Part shown: piece by piece, positions 49,497-59,234 of the stretch
Numbering within the stretch: the first letter of the stretch is position 1
How the letters are laid out: every line of letters begins with the position of its first letter
Source: a virus
Lineage: Duplodnaviria; Caudoviricetes
DNA length: 64,000 nucleotides
IMG/VR virus record: IMGVR_UViG_3300018481_000021
Coordinates: 1,331-65,330 of that record
Strand: one strand, 5' to 3'
Translations under genes and position numbers: made by a program
Notes under the pieces: model-generated
Told to the model about the DNA's origin: nothing
Seen by the model: the letters and a program-made list of their open reading frames with translations, nothing else
Database searches by the model: none

Positions 49497-49703
49497 ATGC
49501 GCACCCTTCGCGACGAAATCGCTTATCACGTCATGATTGACGATAACCCCTCTCGCGACTACGTCACCAATTCGTTGGTCTCTGCGGTCAACTACGTGCA
49601 AGAATGCTGTGGCCATCGGCTTGCCAAAGCCGAGCAGCGTCATGGAGGCCGCTACATCGTGAAGTACGCTGGCAAGCCGATAGCTACCATCGTGAAGCAC
49701 TAG
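49497..49703 (+). CDS. hypothetical early protein
   Basis: First ORF after the rightward promoter. Confidence 0.55.
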   Translation: MRTLRDEIAYHVMIDDNPSRDYVTNSLVSAVNYVQECCGHRLAKAEQRHGGRYIVKYAGKPIATIVKH

Positions 49704-49791
49704 GACCATCCTCCAGCCCGTCCAACAATCATTGTTGGACGGGCTCAGGGATCGCCCTTTGTGATCCGCAACCGTCCTGAAAGGACACACA

Positions 49792-51093
49792 ATGCCAAAT
49801 CCAATTCCGGGCCTAAGCGCGGCAATCGACGACGCACGCGCATCCGACGCACCGGCAGCCGGTCACAACTTACCGCCGGCTGATCAACTCCAGGCTGAGT
49901 TGTACCTTGCTCAGGTTCGTGCCGATAGCGCGCTCAACTCGACGATGCGGCAACTCGACGATGCACTACGCGGCGAGAGCGGCTTTCAGCGAGCACTAGA
50001 GGCAAGCTCTTTGTTTCCCACAATCGACTTTATGGTTGTGTGGGAAGCGTCTAAGAATAACGCCGCAGAGAAGGCTATCATCCAAACGCACAACAGTTGC
50101 GGCGTGACTGTCACTCCCGCGTATGAGCGCGAGCTTAAGATCGCCCGATCGGTCGCGGTTCACGCGAGCACGAGCGACATCGTGACCACGGCGCGGATTG
50201 GCGATCCAGGTAGCCGTGGAACCGCTGACAAGCCGCTCTTCAAGTACGTAGTCCAGCAGGACTTCAAGGGCGACGCGGCGCCGGGCGACGAACCGTGGCG
50301 CAAGGACATGTCCACAGCGAAGGCTGAACTCGACAAGCGCGTCGCGGCCGCGAGCGGTCCCGCTGCGAGCGAGGTATGGGGATGGGCAAAGAACGCCCAT
50401 AACAACGTCAACGGGCTGCGCTTTCTCGCGGCCAAGGTCGCGAGCGTTGGCGTCAACTCTGGCAGGTGGCGTAACCTCCTATTCATGGGCATCGGTCAGG
50501 ACTTGTTCAAAGCATACAAGGGAATTAAGCCCCTTGGACAAATCTGGCTGCCGGCGCTTGCGGCCGCACGCGAAGCACAAGTCAAGTATGTGAAGGCTGT
50601 ACCTCTCGACAAGCGCAACCCGACCGAGTTGAGCGAGCTGATGCGCGCCGGCATCAATTCGGTTCTTGATTTGCATCGCACGGCTAAGGCGCGCGACGTG
50701 GATAGCGATGCGGCGAAGCTGGTGGAAAGTTTCGAGAGGATCGCGGGCCTTGTCGAGAAGGAATTTTCGGCACCCGGTCTCTGGATCGATATCCGCAAGC
50801 TGGCCGTCATGACCAACGTCCCGCTAACTAAGCGCGAGAACGCGGCCCTTGCCGCTCAGGCCGAGGAAGCGGCAGCCAAGGCGAAGCGCGATGCAGACGC
50901 CGCTGACCTAAAGGCGCAGCAGGATCGCGAAGAGGAAGATGCGAGGATTGCTAAGAAGGCCGAGCGCGACGCGAAGGCCGCTGCCGCTGCAAAGGCGAAG
51001 GCCGATGGTGACGCAAGCGCGCCGGTCGCGAGCGAGCCGAAGTTGAGCAGACTTCTGCTGAAGAACAAGCCAGCGCCCACACCAGCGGCCTAA
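49792..51093 (+). CDS. orphan early protein, 433 aa, Ala/Lys/Glu helical C-terminal tail
   Basis: AAGGA RBS, GC3-biased codons, own terminator. Confidence 0.8.
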   Translation: MPNPIPGLSAAIDDARASDAPAAGHNLPPADQLQAELYLAQVRADSALNSTMRQLDDALRGESGFQRALEASSLFPTIDFMVVWEASKNNAAEKAIIQTHNSCGVTVTPAYERELKIARSVAVHASTSDIVTTARIGDPGSRGTADKPLFKYVVQQDFKGDAAPGDEPWRKDMSTAKAELDKRVAAASGPAASEVWGWAKNAHNNVNGLRFLAAKVASVGVNSGRWRNLLFMGIGQDLFKAYKGIKPLGQIWLPALAAAREAQVKYVKAVPLDKRNPTELSELMRAGINSVLDLHRTAKARDVDSDAAKLVESFERIAGLVEKEFSAPGLWIDIRKLAVMTNVPLTKRENAALAAQAEEAAAKAKRDADAADLKAQQDREEEDARIAKKAERDAKAAAAAKAKADGDASAPVASEPKLSRLLLKNKPAPTPAA

Positions 51094-51109
51094 TACAATC
51101 TCGCCGCTT

Positions 51110-51143
51110 GGCCCGGAGGGTTTACCCTCCGGGCCTTTTCTTT
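51110..51143 (+). terminator. rho-independent terminator
   Basis: GGCCCGGAGGG-TTTA-CCCTCCGGGCC then TTTTCTTT. Confidence 0.88.
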
Positions 51144-51239
51144 GTCCTGCCGCTAGGCCATCCAACAATGGTTGTTGGATGGGGAAGGTACGGTCATCAC
51201 GCCTACTGCGCGCGTACGCCTACGCGGGCTCGCGTAGAA

Positions 51240-51565
51240 AATCAGCAAAGAAAAAGGGCTCTATATTATTATATTATATATAAAGTATATATAGTATATT
51301 GTACAGTGTATTCGTTCACCTACCTCGCATGCTCGCACCCCCGCAAGGTATACAATATCACCGAATCGTTATATACTATTAAACGTATATACGTTTAATA
51401 GTATATAATTATTATAGTATATAGTATACCTCGCGTGCATGCATGTGACTGGGATAGAATATAGTATTGTACAATATACTATATAGATAATATAAATACA
51501 GCTATAATTTAAGAATATATTCCGTATTGACAACTATATACTATTAACCTACTATATATAGTTCA
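51240..51565. other. very AT-rich non-coding region, putative replication origin
   Basis: TATA-rich tracts and a perfect 40-bp palindrome at 51369-51408. Confidence 0.55.
51527..51555 (+). promoter_or_regulatory. sigma70-like promoter
   Basis: TTGACA-17-TACTAT. Confidence 0.65.
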
Positions 51566-51583
51566 CCCTCTAACCTTTGGAGC

Positions 51584-52699
51584 ATGATCATGACTTCATC
51601 CAACAATGATTGTTGGACGGCTGAGCTGAAAGCTGATTTGATATTTGCCATGGGCATTTACAAGAATGCCATGGAACAAACTTCAACCGATGATAAAAGT
51701 ATATTCGACGCGAAGCTGGCCGAGCATTGCACGGCGACGGGCTTACTGGCGAAGATCGAAAACATGGATGGCCGCGCCGTAACCCAGCTACGTAGTTACA
51801 TGGCATTACAAGTTCAGATATATAATAATAGACGGGCTAAGGGCGAAGTTTTTTCACCTGTCAATAAAGCCTTTCTTTTGCTGAATCCATGCGCCATACG
51901 TGGTGCCGATCTCGCCCAATTATTAGGTATGACCAGGCAATTACAAGCAACTAAGCGATGGATACTTCGTAGCAATTTAAATCCGCAAGAAATACCTGTA
52001 TTGCCGCGTAAACCGTCCTCGCGTTCATCTAAATATCCTAGACCTATTTGTCCAGAAACAGGTTTAGAATATTATGAGCATCCTACCTGTCCAAAATACA
52101 AACGCGAAAGCCCATTATATCGTTTTCATGCCGAGGTGTGGGCGCGTCAGCAATATGCCGATATCCTGCGCATGCACGGCTACACGGCATGCCCGATCAG
52201 TTTACGCCATCATCTCGACATGACTTGCGAAAACTTACTTGCGAACAGCGAAGTAGACTACCTGATCCGAGCGTATCGCGTATTAGCCCGCCATCGGACC
52301 AACATCGCCTACCGTTCTCAAAACTGTGGTATTTCTTTGCCGTATTATATCGACGCACCAGATGTTCAAGGTGCTCTATTGCTGCAGTATGCGCAATACG
52401 ATTACAAGGATTATAAAAAACTGAGTAAACCAGCCAGCATGTCTACTGGTGAAATGGTTCACTTGTTGACTGAAGAGGCTTATCAGCAATTCGACTTCCT
52501 GGAATTGAATGCTTTTGCCGATAAGTATAATTTACCACCATTTGGCATGACGGGCGACGAGGGCATGGGCCGAGGTGCGCGAGGCTTATCGGGTAGGGTG
52601 CGCAACATGGATGGCTCATGGTCTCACAAACCGGCAAAAGAAAAAACCGAATCGCCGATCGAACCAGAAGACGAAGAACCACGTAAACCATGGGAATAA
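51584..52699 (+). CDS. hypothetical protein with possible HTH
   Basis: GGAG RBS; RGADLAQLLGMTRQ HTH-like segment. Confidence 0.65.
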   Translation: MIMTSSNNDCWTAELKADLIFAMGIYKNAMEQTSTDDKSIFDAKLAEHCTATGLLAKIENMDGRAVTQLRSYMALQVQIYNNRRAKGEVFSPVNKAFLLLNPCAIRGADLAQLLGMTRQLQATKRWILRSNLNPQEIPVLPRKPSSRSSKYPRPICPETGLEYYEHPTCPKYKRESPLYRFHAEVWARQQYADILRMHGYTACPISLRHHLDMTCENLLANSEVDYLIRAYRVLARHRTNIAYRSQNCGISLPYYIDAPDVQGALLLQYAQYDYKDYKKLSKPASMSTGEMVHLLTEEAYQQFDFLELNAFADKYNLPPFGMTGDEGMGRGARGLSGRVRNMDGSWSHKPAKEKTESPIEPEDEEPRKPWE

Positions 52700-52724
52700 A
52701 CCTTATCATAGGAAAACGTACCTC

Positions 52725-52752
52725 TTGTGTGGAATTTATTCTGCTGTATAAT
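52725..52752 (+). promoter_or_regulatory. promoter with TGGAATTTATTCT core
   Basis: TTGTGT-16-TATAAT; same core at 59798. Confidence 0.6.
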
Positions 52753-52946
52753 AGGCACACTACTCGAATGGTTTATCGGGTAGGTTCTACCAAAGAAAAT
52801 CCAACAATGATTGTTGGATCGAACAAATACCCGATGATGGTCATCGGGTATAACCCTAAGAGGCGAGATAGCGAAGTGGACCGGGGCAAGGGCGTCGATA
52901 CTACCCCCACATGGCGCCCTTGCAACGCACCCTGAGCAAAAAGGAA

Positions 52947-53354
52947 ATGAACATGCAACGCAAGTTCTCCCTCGCTGGCAACGACTGGCCGCGCACGATG
53001 GCCTGGGCGGCGATGCATGAAGTGGACCGTCTCTGGTCTGTATCTGTGACCGACGTTCACGTCATGCCCACTCTGCGAACGATGCTCTTCCGCACGCTCG
53101 ACGACGCGCTCAAGGCTGCGTTCGATCTTTCCGGCTGTGACCGCGCTTGGTTCCGGCGCGAAGCGGACACGGAGCACGACGAGCCGTTCATTGTGCTACG
53201 CGGTGGTAAGCCGACGTGTCCTATCGTTGCGTTCCTCTATCCTGCAATGCTAGGCTTCACGATGCCGGCCGTGTCGCTGGCGCGTTCGTTCGATGTCGCC
53301 CGCACTATGGCCGAAGCCCGTGAAGCGATGCATGCCGTAAGTGATCTGATCTAG
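52947..53354 (+). CDS. hypothetical protein
   Basis: AAGGA RBS, long ORF. Confidence 0.55.
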   Translation: MNMQRKFSLAGNDWPRTMAWAAMHEVDRLWSVSVTDVHVMPTLRTMLFRTLDDALKAAFDLSGCDRAWFRREADTEHDEPFIVLRGGKPTCPIVAFLYPAMLGFTMPAVSLARSFDVARTMAEAREAMHAVSDLI

Positions 53355-53435
53355 TTCTCTTTTGCCGTAACTACCCAATCCAACAACTAATGTTGGATGA
53401 CAGCTACTACCCTGAACCAAAAAGGTACGATCATC

Positions 53436-53681
53436 ATGCAACTGCCCGCCACCTACGCCAGCATCAAACGGATCGCTGAAGAATACACGGCTCAGAAGCT
53501 ATATTGGGCGTGCTCCACGGCACGGCCTAGGCCGCGTGTTTATTGCGACGCGACTACTGCATGCGCTATTGTTGCCGTGTACGACGCGGTGAACGAAGAA
53601 AACAAACTCAAGTTAGAGGCGATGATCCGCAAAGGCCCGCACATGTTGCCGCGCATCGCAGCTATTGCGTGGGGGAAGTAA
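53436..53681 (+). CDS. hypothetical protein
   Basis: AAAGG RBS. Confidence 0.55.
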   Translation: MQLPATYASIKRIAEEYTAQKLYWACSTARPRPRVYCDATTACAIVAVYDAVNEENKLKLEAMIRKGPHMLPRIAAIAWGK

Positions 53682-53683
53682 CC

Positions 53684-55024
53684 ATGACCTCCTACTCCAT
53701 GCCTATCTCGGAAGCTGTCGAGCTTATCATGACGGTCTACGCGGGCAAGGCCGTGCTGGTCAGGGGCGCGCCGGGCGCGACTAAGACCGCGCAGCTTCTT
53801 TCTGCCGCGATCAAACGGCAAAAGGAAGACCCTGAGTTTGGCGCGTGTTGCTTCAACGCGAGCAATGCACAAGCGCCAGACTTCTTTGGTGTGTGGCAGT
53901 CCAATACTGGCCCGCTTACTGCCAATGCCGTGCCACAGTTGTTTCAGCCGGTGCCCGAGGAAGGGCTGCGTGGCGCGTTCCCTGCGCTGTGCCCACGTGA
54001 GCTTGTGCATCCTGACGCGAGTATACAGCCAATCGATCCTGATCTGCTGTATACTGCGGGCTTGCAGCGTTCTGTGCTGAGCACGTATCCGCGTGGACTT
54101 GTAATCGTGGACGAGGCGAGCAAGGTCCAGGGTGAAGACACCATGGCCAGTTTGTCGATGCTGGCCTATGAGGGGCGCACGGGTCAGTGGGGCGTGCCGA
54201 CTTCACGCTCAAATTCCACGGCCAGCCCCTCGAACAGACAAGCGTTGTCCGATCCAACAACAGTTGTTGGATGGACCCGAGTTTTCATCGCCAATCGGGC
54301 CGAGGATAACTCACGCGATCTGGATTTTCCCTCGACGTTCGACAATCGCGTGGCGATCCTGGACGTGCATTGCACGTTCGACGACGTAGCGCCCTACTGG
54401 CGCAGCCAAGGGATGCACCCTTCGTTTGTTTCTTTTGCTGGTGCTTACTCCGGGCTGATCCTGTCCAATCAGGTTCCGGCGGTGCGCCAGCAATTCGGCA
54501 CGGCGCGGTCATGGTTCGAGGCGCATTCCGAATGCATGGCCTACTGCAAGAGCTTGGGAATTGAGAGTTCTGAGCCGGATCGCTACATGCCCGAGTTGCT
54601 TCCCGTGTTTGGCCCTAATGTCGAGGATCGCAGCGCGCAGCGTTGGCACCGCACCTTCATTGGCCTGATCGCAGCGCGATGTGGCGAAGCGATTGCATCG
54701 CAATTCAGCGAGTATCTTCTTGCCAGTACCGATCTGCCTACTTACGACGAGATCGTGTCTAACCCGGAGACCTGCATCATCCCCGAGCATCCTGGCGTAA
54801 TCCATGCCGTTGTCGAGACCCTACTGACCAATACCGATCTGTGCGAGATCGACGAGATCGGAAAATATCTCAAGCGACCGGAGTTTCCCAAGGCGATGGC
54901 CTGCGTCTACTTGAATAGGATGATGGATCGTCATCCTATTGCGGCCGCGAGCAGCAATAAATTCTTTGCCTTGGTGAGGCACTTCGGGATTGCCGCGTCC
55001 ATGACGCTGCATCACAGCCGGTAA
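53684..55024 (+). CDS. MoxR-like AAA+ ATPase
   Basis: GAPGATKT Walker A variant, VIVDE Walker B, ANRAED, FDNR, TARSW motifs. Confidence 0.8.
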   Translation: MTSYSMPISEAVELIMTVYAGKAVLVRGAPGATKTAQLLSAAIKRQKEDPEFGACCFNASNAQAPDFFGVWQSNTGPLTANAVPQLFQPVPEEGLRGAFPALCPRELVHPDASIQPIDPDLLYTAGLQRSVLSTYPRGLVIVDEASKVQGEDTMASLSMLAYEGRTGQWGVPTSRSNSTASPSNRQALSDPTTVVGWTRVFIANRAEDNSRDLDFPSTFDNRVAILDVHCTFDDVAPYWRSQGMHPSFVSFAGAYSGLILSNQVPAVRQQFGTARSWFEAHSECMAYCKSLGIESSEPDRYMPELLPVFGPNVEDRSAQRWHRTFIGLIAARCGEAIASQFSEYLLASTDLPTYDEIVSNPETCIIPEHPGVIHAVVETLLTNTDLCEIDEIGKYLKRPEFPKAMACVYLNRMMDRHPIAAASSNKFFALVRHFGIAASMTLHHSR

Positions 55025-55035
55025 GGGGTACGATC

Positions 55036-55233
55036 ATGTCTTACATCCTTGTTCTTGCGATCACGATGCTGAGCGGCCGAGGGGAATGGCTCGTGCTCGA
55101 CAGTCAAATGACTTCCAGCGAATGCACCCTGGCGCTGATGCGAACAAATCATGAGCTAGCTACGCGCTCACTCACTATCAACGGAACGACAATCGAGTTG
55201 TTCTGCGCTCTGGAGCAAGGTGAGCAGTCATGA
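55036..55233 (+). CDS. hypothetical small protein
   Basis: RBS AAGGGG; hydrophobic N-terminus. Confidence 0.5.
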   Translation: MSYILVLAITMLSGRGEWLVLDSQMTSSECTLALMRTNHELATRSLTINGTTIELFCALEQGEQS

Positions 55234-55442
55234 CTGACCACATGAAGCGCCGGCTTTACGCTCTTGGCTTCTACTCCATGCGGGTGCCTGATGTCACCAC
55301 GGGGCGATGGGACGAGGCCGCATGGATCAAGTGGATCGATGCGAGTGGCAAGTGGCGCGAGCCGCCCTATCCTTGCTGCCACAAGCCCGAGCAATGCGTC
55401 CCGAAGGGCCGCTGCGTTACCGATCCAGTTTGTTTCAACTGA
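55230..55442 (+). CDS. small Cys-rich protein
   Basis: ATGA overlap; CC..EQC..KGRC..DPVC. Confidence 0.5.
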   Translation: MTDHMKRRLYALGFYSMRVPDVTTGRWDEAAWIKWIDASGKWREPPYPCCHKPEQCVPKGRCVTDPVCFN

Positions 55443-55454
55443 GGTTTATCTGCC

Positions 55455-56861
55455 ATGTCTTACATAATCCCCGACGAACTGCTGCAACCCTTCAGCTTCC
55501 TGCACACGGCGCACCGCAGCATGGCCGTGTATCTGATGCACATACCGATTACCCTAAAAGTAATCGACGTGGACCCTAACGGACCAAACTCGTTCAAGGC
55601 GCAGACCTATGGGCGCGTAATCGAGTTCGCCAAGTGGTTCCTGCCCACTATACCCGACTATGAGGAGCAAGCGCTCGTGCTGACGCACGAGATACTGCAC
55701 CAGATGTGTCAACACTGTACCTTGATGCACAAGTGGTCACGGGCTGGGTCAATAACTGGCCGCTGGTCAGACAAACACGAGCCTGTGACGCGGCCGTTCG
55801 ACATGGGCGTGGCGCAATGGGCCTTGGACTACATCGTCAACGACGCCGGCTATCGCATGGGCTTGCCGCTACCCAAGGACGCGCTGCACCGTCCAGCAAT
55901 CGGTACGTGGCTAGACCTTGAAGCCGATGTGTACGTGCGACTGTACGACATGATGTTTCAACAATCCACTCCTGAGCCAGACCCGCGCACGCAAACGCAG
56001 AAGGACCACGATAATCAGCAGAAAGATAATTCTTCTGCCGGTGGGTCTGATCCAACAACTAATGTTGGATCGCTGCAACGGTTCAACTCTTCTGCCGATC
56101 CGGGCAATTCATGCCCCGACACGAGCAAGCCCGGCGCAGGTGCGTATGACGTGATCCCTTCCGATCCCACCGATGAACGTGGCGACAACGATGTGCGGCA
56201 ACGGGCTGCGATCCGCAAGGCGATGGCTGAACTGAATCCAGACAAGACCCGAGGCATCTGGCCCGGTGAAATCGAGAAGCTGATTGATAAACTTCTACCA
56301 CAAAAGATGGACTGGCGTGATGTGCTGCGTCCACGCTATCGCCACTACATGCCCGGCCCGAAGCCTACCTGGAGCAGCTTCGACCGTCGTGCGTTCCCTC
56401 ACTCTATTCTTTTGCCGGGCCGAGTGGCGAAGCGGGCTGGTACTGTGGCCCTAGTCCTCGACACATCAGGTTCAATCGGTCGCCGCGAATACGAGCATTT
56501 CATCAACCACCAGATAGGACTGTTCGAACAGACTATGCCGCGTACGCTGTATGTGCTGGAAACAGATACGCAGGTGCGGCGTGACACGTTAATCAAGTAT
56601 CCTTCACAACTGAAGGAGTACACCAAGCCAATCATGTCCAGCAAGAAAGGACTAATCGGCGGTGGTGGCACGAACATGCCTGCTGCGCATGCATGGATGC
56701 GGTCGAATAACATCCAACCCGACATCACTGTGTTCTTCACCGATGGCTACACTCCCTTTCCTGCCGATCTAGGCACGTCACGCGAGGTGATTTGGGTCAT
56801 GACCACGGATAAGGTCGCGCCTACTGAAGCTGGCCGCACTGTACGGATGTGGATGGACTGA
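55455..56861 (+). CDS. DUF2201-like metallopeptidase + VWA domain protein
   Basis: LTHEILH, MIDAS DTSGS, GGGTN, FFTDG. Confidence 0.85.
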   Translation: MSYIIPDELLQPFSFLHTAHRSMAVYLMHIPITLKVIDVDPNGPNSFKAQTYGRVIEFAKWFLPTIPDYEEQALVLTHEILHQMCQHCTLMHKWSRAGSITGRWSDKHEPVTRPFDMGVAQWALDYIVNDAGYRMGLPLPKDALHRPAIGTWLDLEADVYVRLYDMMFQQSTPEPDPRTQTQKDHDNQQKDNSSAGGSDPTTNVGSLQRFNSSADPGNSCPDTSKPGAGAYDVIPSDPTDERGDNDVRQRAAIRKAMAELNPDKTRGIWPGEIEKLIDKLLPQKMDWRDVLRPRYRHYMPGPKPTWSSFDRRAFPHSILLPGRVAKRAGTVALVLDTSGSIGRREYEHFINHQIGLFEQTMPRTLYVLETDTQVRRDTLIKYPSQLKEYTKPIMSSKKGLIGGGGTNMPAAHAWMRSNNIQPDITVFFTDGYTPFPADLGTSREVIWVMTTDKVAPTEAGRTVRMWMD

Positions 56862-56862
56862 C

Positions 56863-57096
56863 ATGAACGAACTAGGCCGACTTGGAGTTTCTGAGTATGG
56901 CTGGTTGGTCATACCCGACGATGTTACGGCCTTAGAGGCTGCGCGGCTGGCCGAGTTACTGGCCAAGATTGTGGCCGCCGAGACAACTAGAACCGAGCAC
57001 GATCCAATAACAGAAATCAAGAAACTAAACCTCGAACGATTTTTCCAACCGTTCGATCCAACAATTAGTGTTGGATCAGACCCTGAACAGGAGTAG
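56863..57096 (+). CDS. hypothetical protein
   Basis: Coupled ORF. Confidence 0.5.
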   Translation: MNELGRLGVSEYGWLVIPDDVTALEAARLAELLAKIVAAETTRTEHDPITEIKKLNLERFFQPFDPTISVGSDPEQE

Positions 57097-57101
57097 CAAT
57101 C

Positions 57102-57491
57102 ATGACCACCCGTGAATACCACTTCCGCCTTCTGGTCATCGATGATGACCGTATCCTTTTGCTGTATCCTAAGAGCAGCGAAGAACTTCATGGCCGGCGG
57201 GCTAAGGCCGCACTGGAGTTTCTACGAAGTGATCTTGTGCCTAAGCCAAGTGAACCAGCCAACAGAAATTACAATATGACTGAAACAATGAAAATGCTAC
57301 TAGCTGAGGTAGTTACTAATAACGGTCCCGTTACGGCAAAAATGATTGCCGAGAATTTACAAATAAAACTAGGGACTGCAAGCTCGCGCCTATCTATGCT
57401 TAAAAGCATGGGTTACTTGGATTTTGTTACACGGGGTAAGTATCTCGCTACCATCAATGGGCGTCTATGGCTGAAGGAACAGGAAATATGA
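57102..57491 (+). CDS. winged-HTH DNA-binding protein
   Basis: PVTAKMIAENLQIKLGTASSRLSMLKSMGYL..RGKY. Confidence 0.75.
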   Translation: MTTREYHFRLLVIDDDRILLLYPKSSEELHGRRAKAALEFLRSDLVPKPSEPANRNYNMTETMKMLLAEVVTNNGPVTAKMIAENLQIKLGTASSRLSMLKSMGYLDFVTRGKYLATINGRLWLKEQEI

Positions 57492-57633
57492 ACATGACCG
57501 ACGCGGAGCGCGCCCGATTTGTGATGTGGCTGCGCATATGCGCGGCGCGATGCGGATCATCTGCCGACTGGACAAGCATCTATCTACGGGCCGCAGAGAA
57601 TATCGAACGAGCCCAGCACGGGAGCCGGACACG

Positions 57634-57834
57634 ATGAAATACCGCAAACTGTATACTGAACTATGGACTTGTATTGGTCTGCTTTTCTTCGCTATTTTAT
57701 ATGGACTGCCGTTCGGTTTGGTAAGTTATGCCATCTCATGGTGGCTCGGCGTACCCAATCCAGGTATAGCGGGACTAGTAACCACTGGCCTGGCATTTCT
57801 TTTCATCATCTTCGTGAATATGGATGAAAATTGA
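57634..57834 (+). CDS. small membrane protein
   Basis: Two hydrophobic segments. Confidence 0.5.
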   Translation: MKYRKLYTELWTCIGLLFFAILYGLPFGLVSYAISWWLGVPNPGIAGLVTTGLAFLFIIFVNMDEN

Positions 57835-57932
57835 ATGTGTGAATTTTATCACATACTTGTAATCCTTTTTGCTGTAATCTACCCGTAACCCGTCCAACAA
57901 TCATTGTTGGATACAACTCTAGGAGAACTTCG

Positions 57933-58658
57933 ATGTTCACGTACATCTTGACCGACGCCATCGACATCCACTACGATACTGGAGAAGTCCAGGATACTAC
58001 TTGGTATGCCTTGAGAGGCGAAGACCAGTTATGGCTGGGCATGGGTTTGGATACTGCTTATGGTGGAGGAGGTGACGACTTCATCAATGGTGGCTGGGGC
58101 AACGACACCTTGTTCGGCGAACGGGGTCATGACCAATTGCAGGGTGATTTCGGCAACGACACTCTGATTGGAGGGCGTGGCAATGACCTGCTGTTCGACG
58201 AATGGGACGAGTTTTCCGACAACATCTATGGTGGGCCGGGTAACGACTGGATACAGAGCGACGGCGGCGTGGTCGTCGCCGGAGCTGGTGATGACCGTAT
58301 CCACCTCATGAACACCTACACCGAGACCACGGTGCAGCTCGGCACGGGTCGCGATACTCTGATTTGGGACGCTGATTTTTACGATTACCGCATGAACCGG
58401 GTCGATGTCTTCGATTTCAAGGCGGAAGACACGCTCGAACTGGCTGCAAACGAGTATGACTACAGGGACAACGCGGAAATACTCGACATTTTGGACCGCA
58501 ACAACGACGGCTGGCTGGGTCGCAAGGACGTGGAGACCGTGGACAACGGCGACGGCTACGGGGTCAGCGTCGGCACCAACACACTCACGTTGGAGATTTT
58601 CCACATCGATCTGGTGTTTCACGGCCTGAAGAACGCCAGCTTCGATTTTCTGAGTTGA
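57933..58658 (+). CDS. RTX/haemolysin-type Ca2+-binding repeat protein
   Basis: AGGAG RBS; about 8 GGxGxDxL nonapeptides; EF-hand-like DRNNDG; C-terminal DFLS. Confidence 0.85.
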   Translation: MFTYILTDAIDIHYDTGEVQDTTWYALRGEDQLWLGMGLDTAYGGGGDDFINGGWGNDTLFGERGHDQLQGDFGNDTLIGGRGNDLLFDEWDEFSDNIYGGPGNDWIQSDGGVVVAGAGDDRIHLMNTYTETTVQLGTGRDTLIWDADFYDYRMNRVDVFDFKAEDTLELAANEYDYRDNAEILDILDRNNDGWLGRKDVETVDNGDGYGVSVGTNTLTLEIFHIDLVFHGLKNASFDFLS

Positions 58659-58837
58659 GCGGCTACACTTTCCTCGATTTGTGCTTCGGCCTTGGGGCGG
58701 GACTAATCTCGTTCTTCGGCCGAAGCCGGCTCGGGCTGGTGCTCGCCTTGTCCTTGTTGCTGACAGTCGGCGACTTCGCGACATGGGCGGGCATGATACT
58801 TTTTTGCGGTAGTCTGCTCGTAGCTACGGCAAAATGA
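58655..58837 (+). CDS. small membrane protein
   Basis: Hydrophobic ORF overlapping the RTX stop. Confidence 0.45.
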   Translation: MSGYTFLDLCFGLGAGLISFFGRSRLGLVLALSLLLTVGDFATWAGMILFCGSLLVATAK

Positions 58838-59234
58838 AGAGAACCTATCCAACAATCATTGTTGGATGAACTTACGGAGAAGTTGTCATGAGCTTAGTTT
58901 GGACTGCGTTGGCTACTTTGGTGGTGCTTGTCGCGGTGTACCTACTCGCCGCGAGTCAATTCCAGGGGCCGGATGCGAATGACTAGCGAAATGACCTACC
59001 CGATCTATTGCCGTACCGTTGGCAATCGTACCACATCGGCGGTGGTGGGCTACACGCCTTTACAGCCTAAGCGGATCGGTCTGTACGACACCGACACGCC
59101 TCAAGTAGTCGCGAGACGGGCTAAGCTCGACTTTAACACGGTAGCCGATGTCGGTCCTAATCTGGCTAACACTACGTGGATCATAACTTTGTTCGATGAT
59201 CCAACAACAGTTGTTGGACAAGAGGGAAAGTAAG

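Noticed and set aside
51584-52699. Protelomerase next to the 40-bp palindrome
   Set aside because: No recognisable R-K-R-H-Y catalytic arrangement, so it is left as hypothetical.
58029-58784. 251-aa minus-strand ORF and similar long antisense ORFs (e.g. 2016-2759, 12835-13500)
   Set aside because: They are antisense shadows of well-supported genes.
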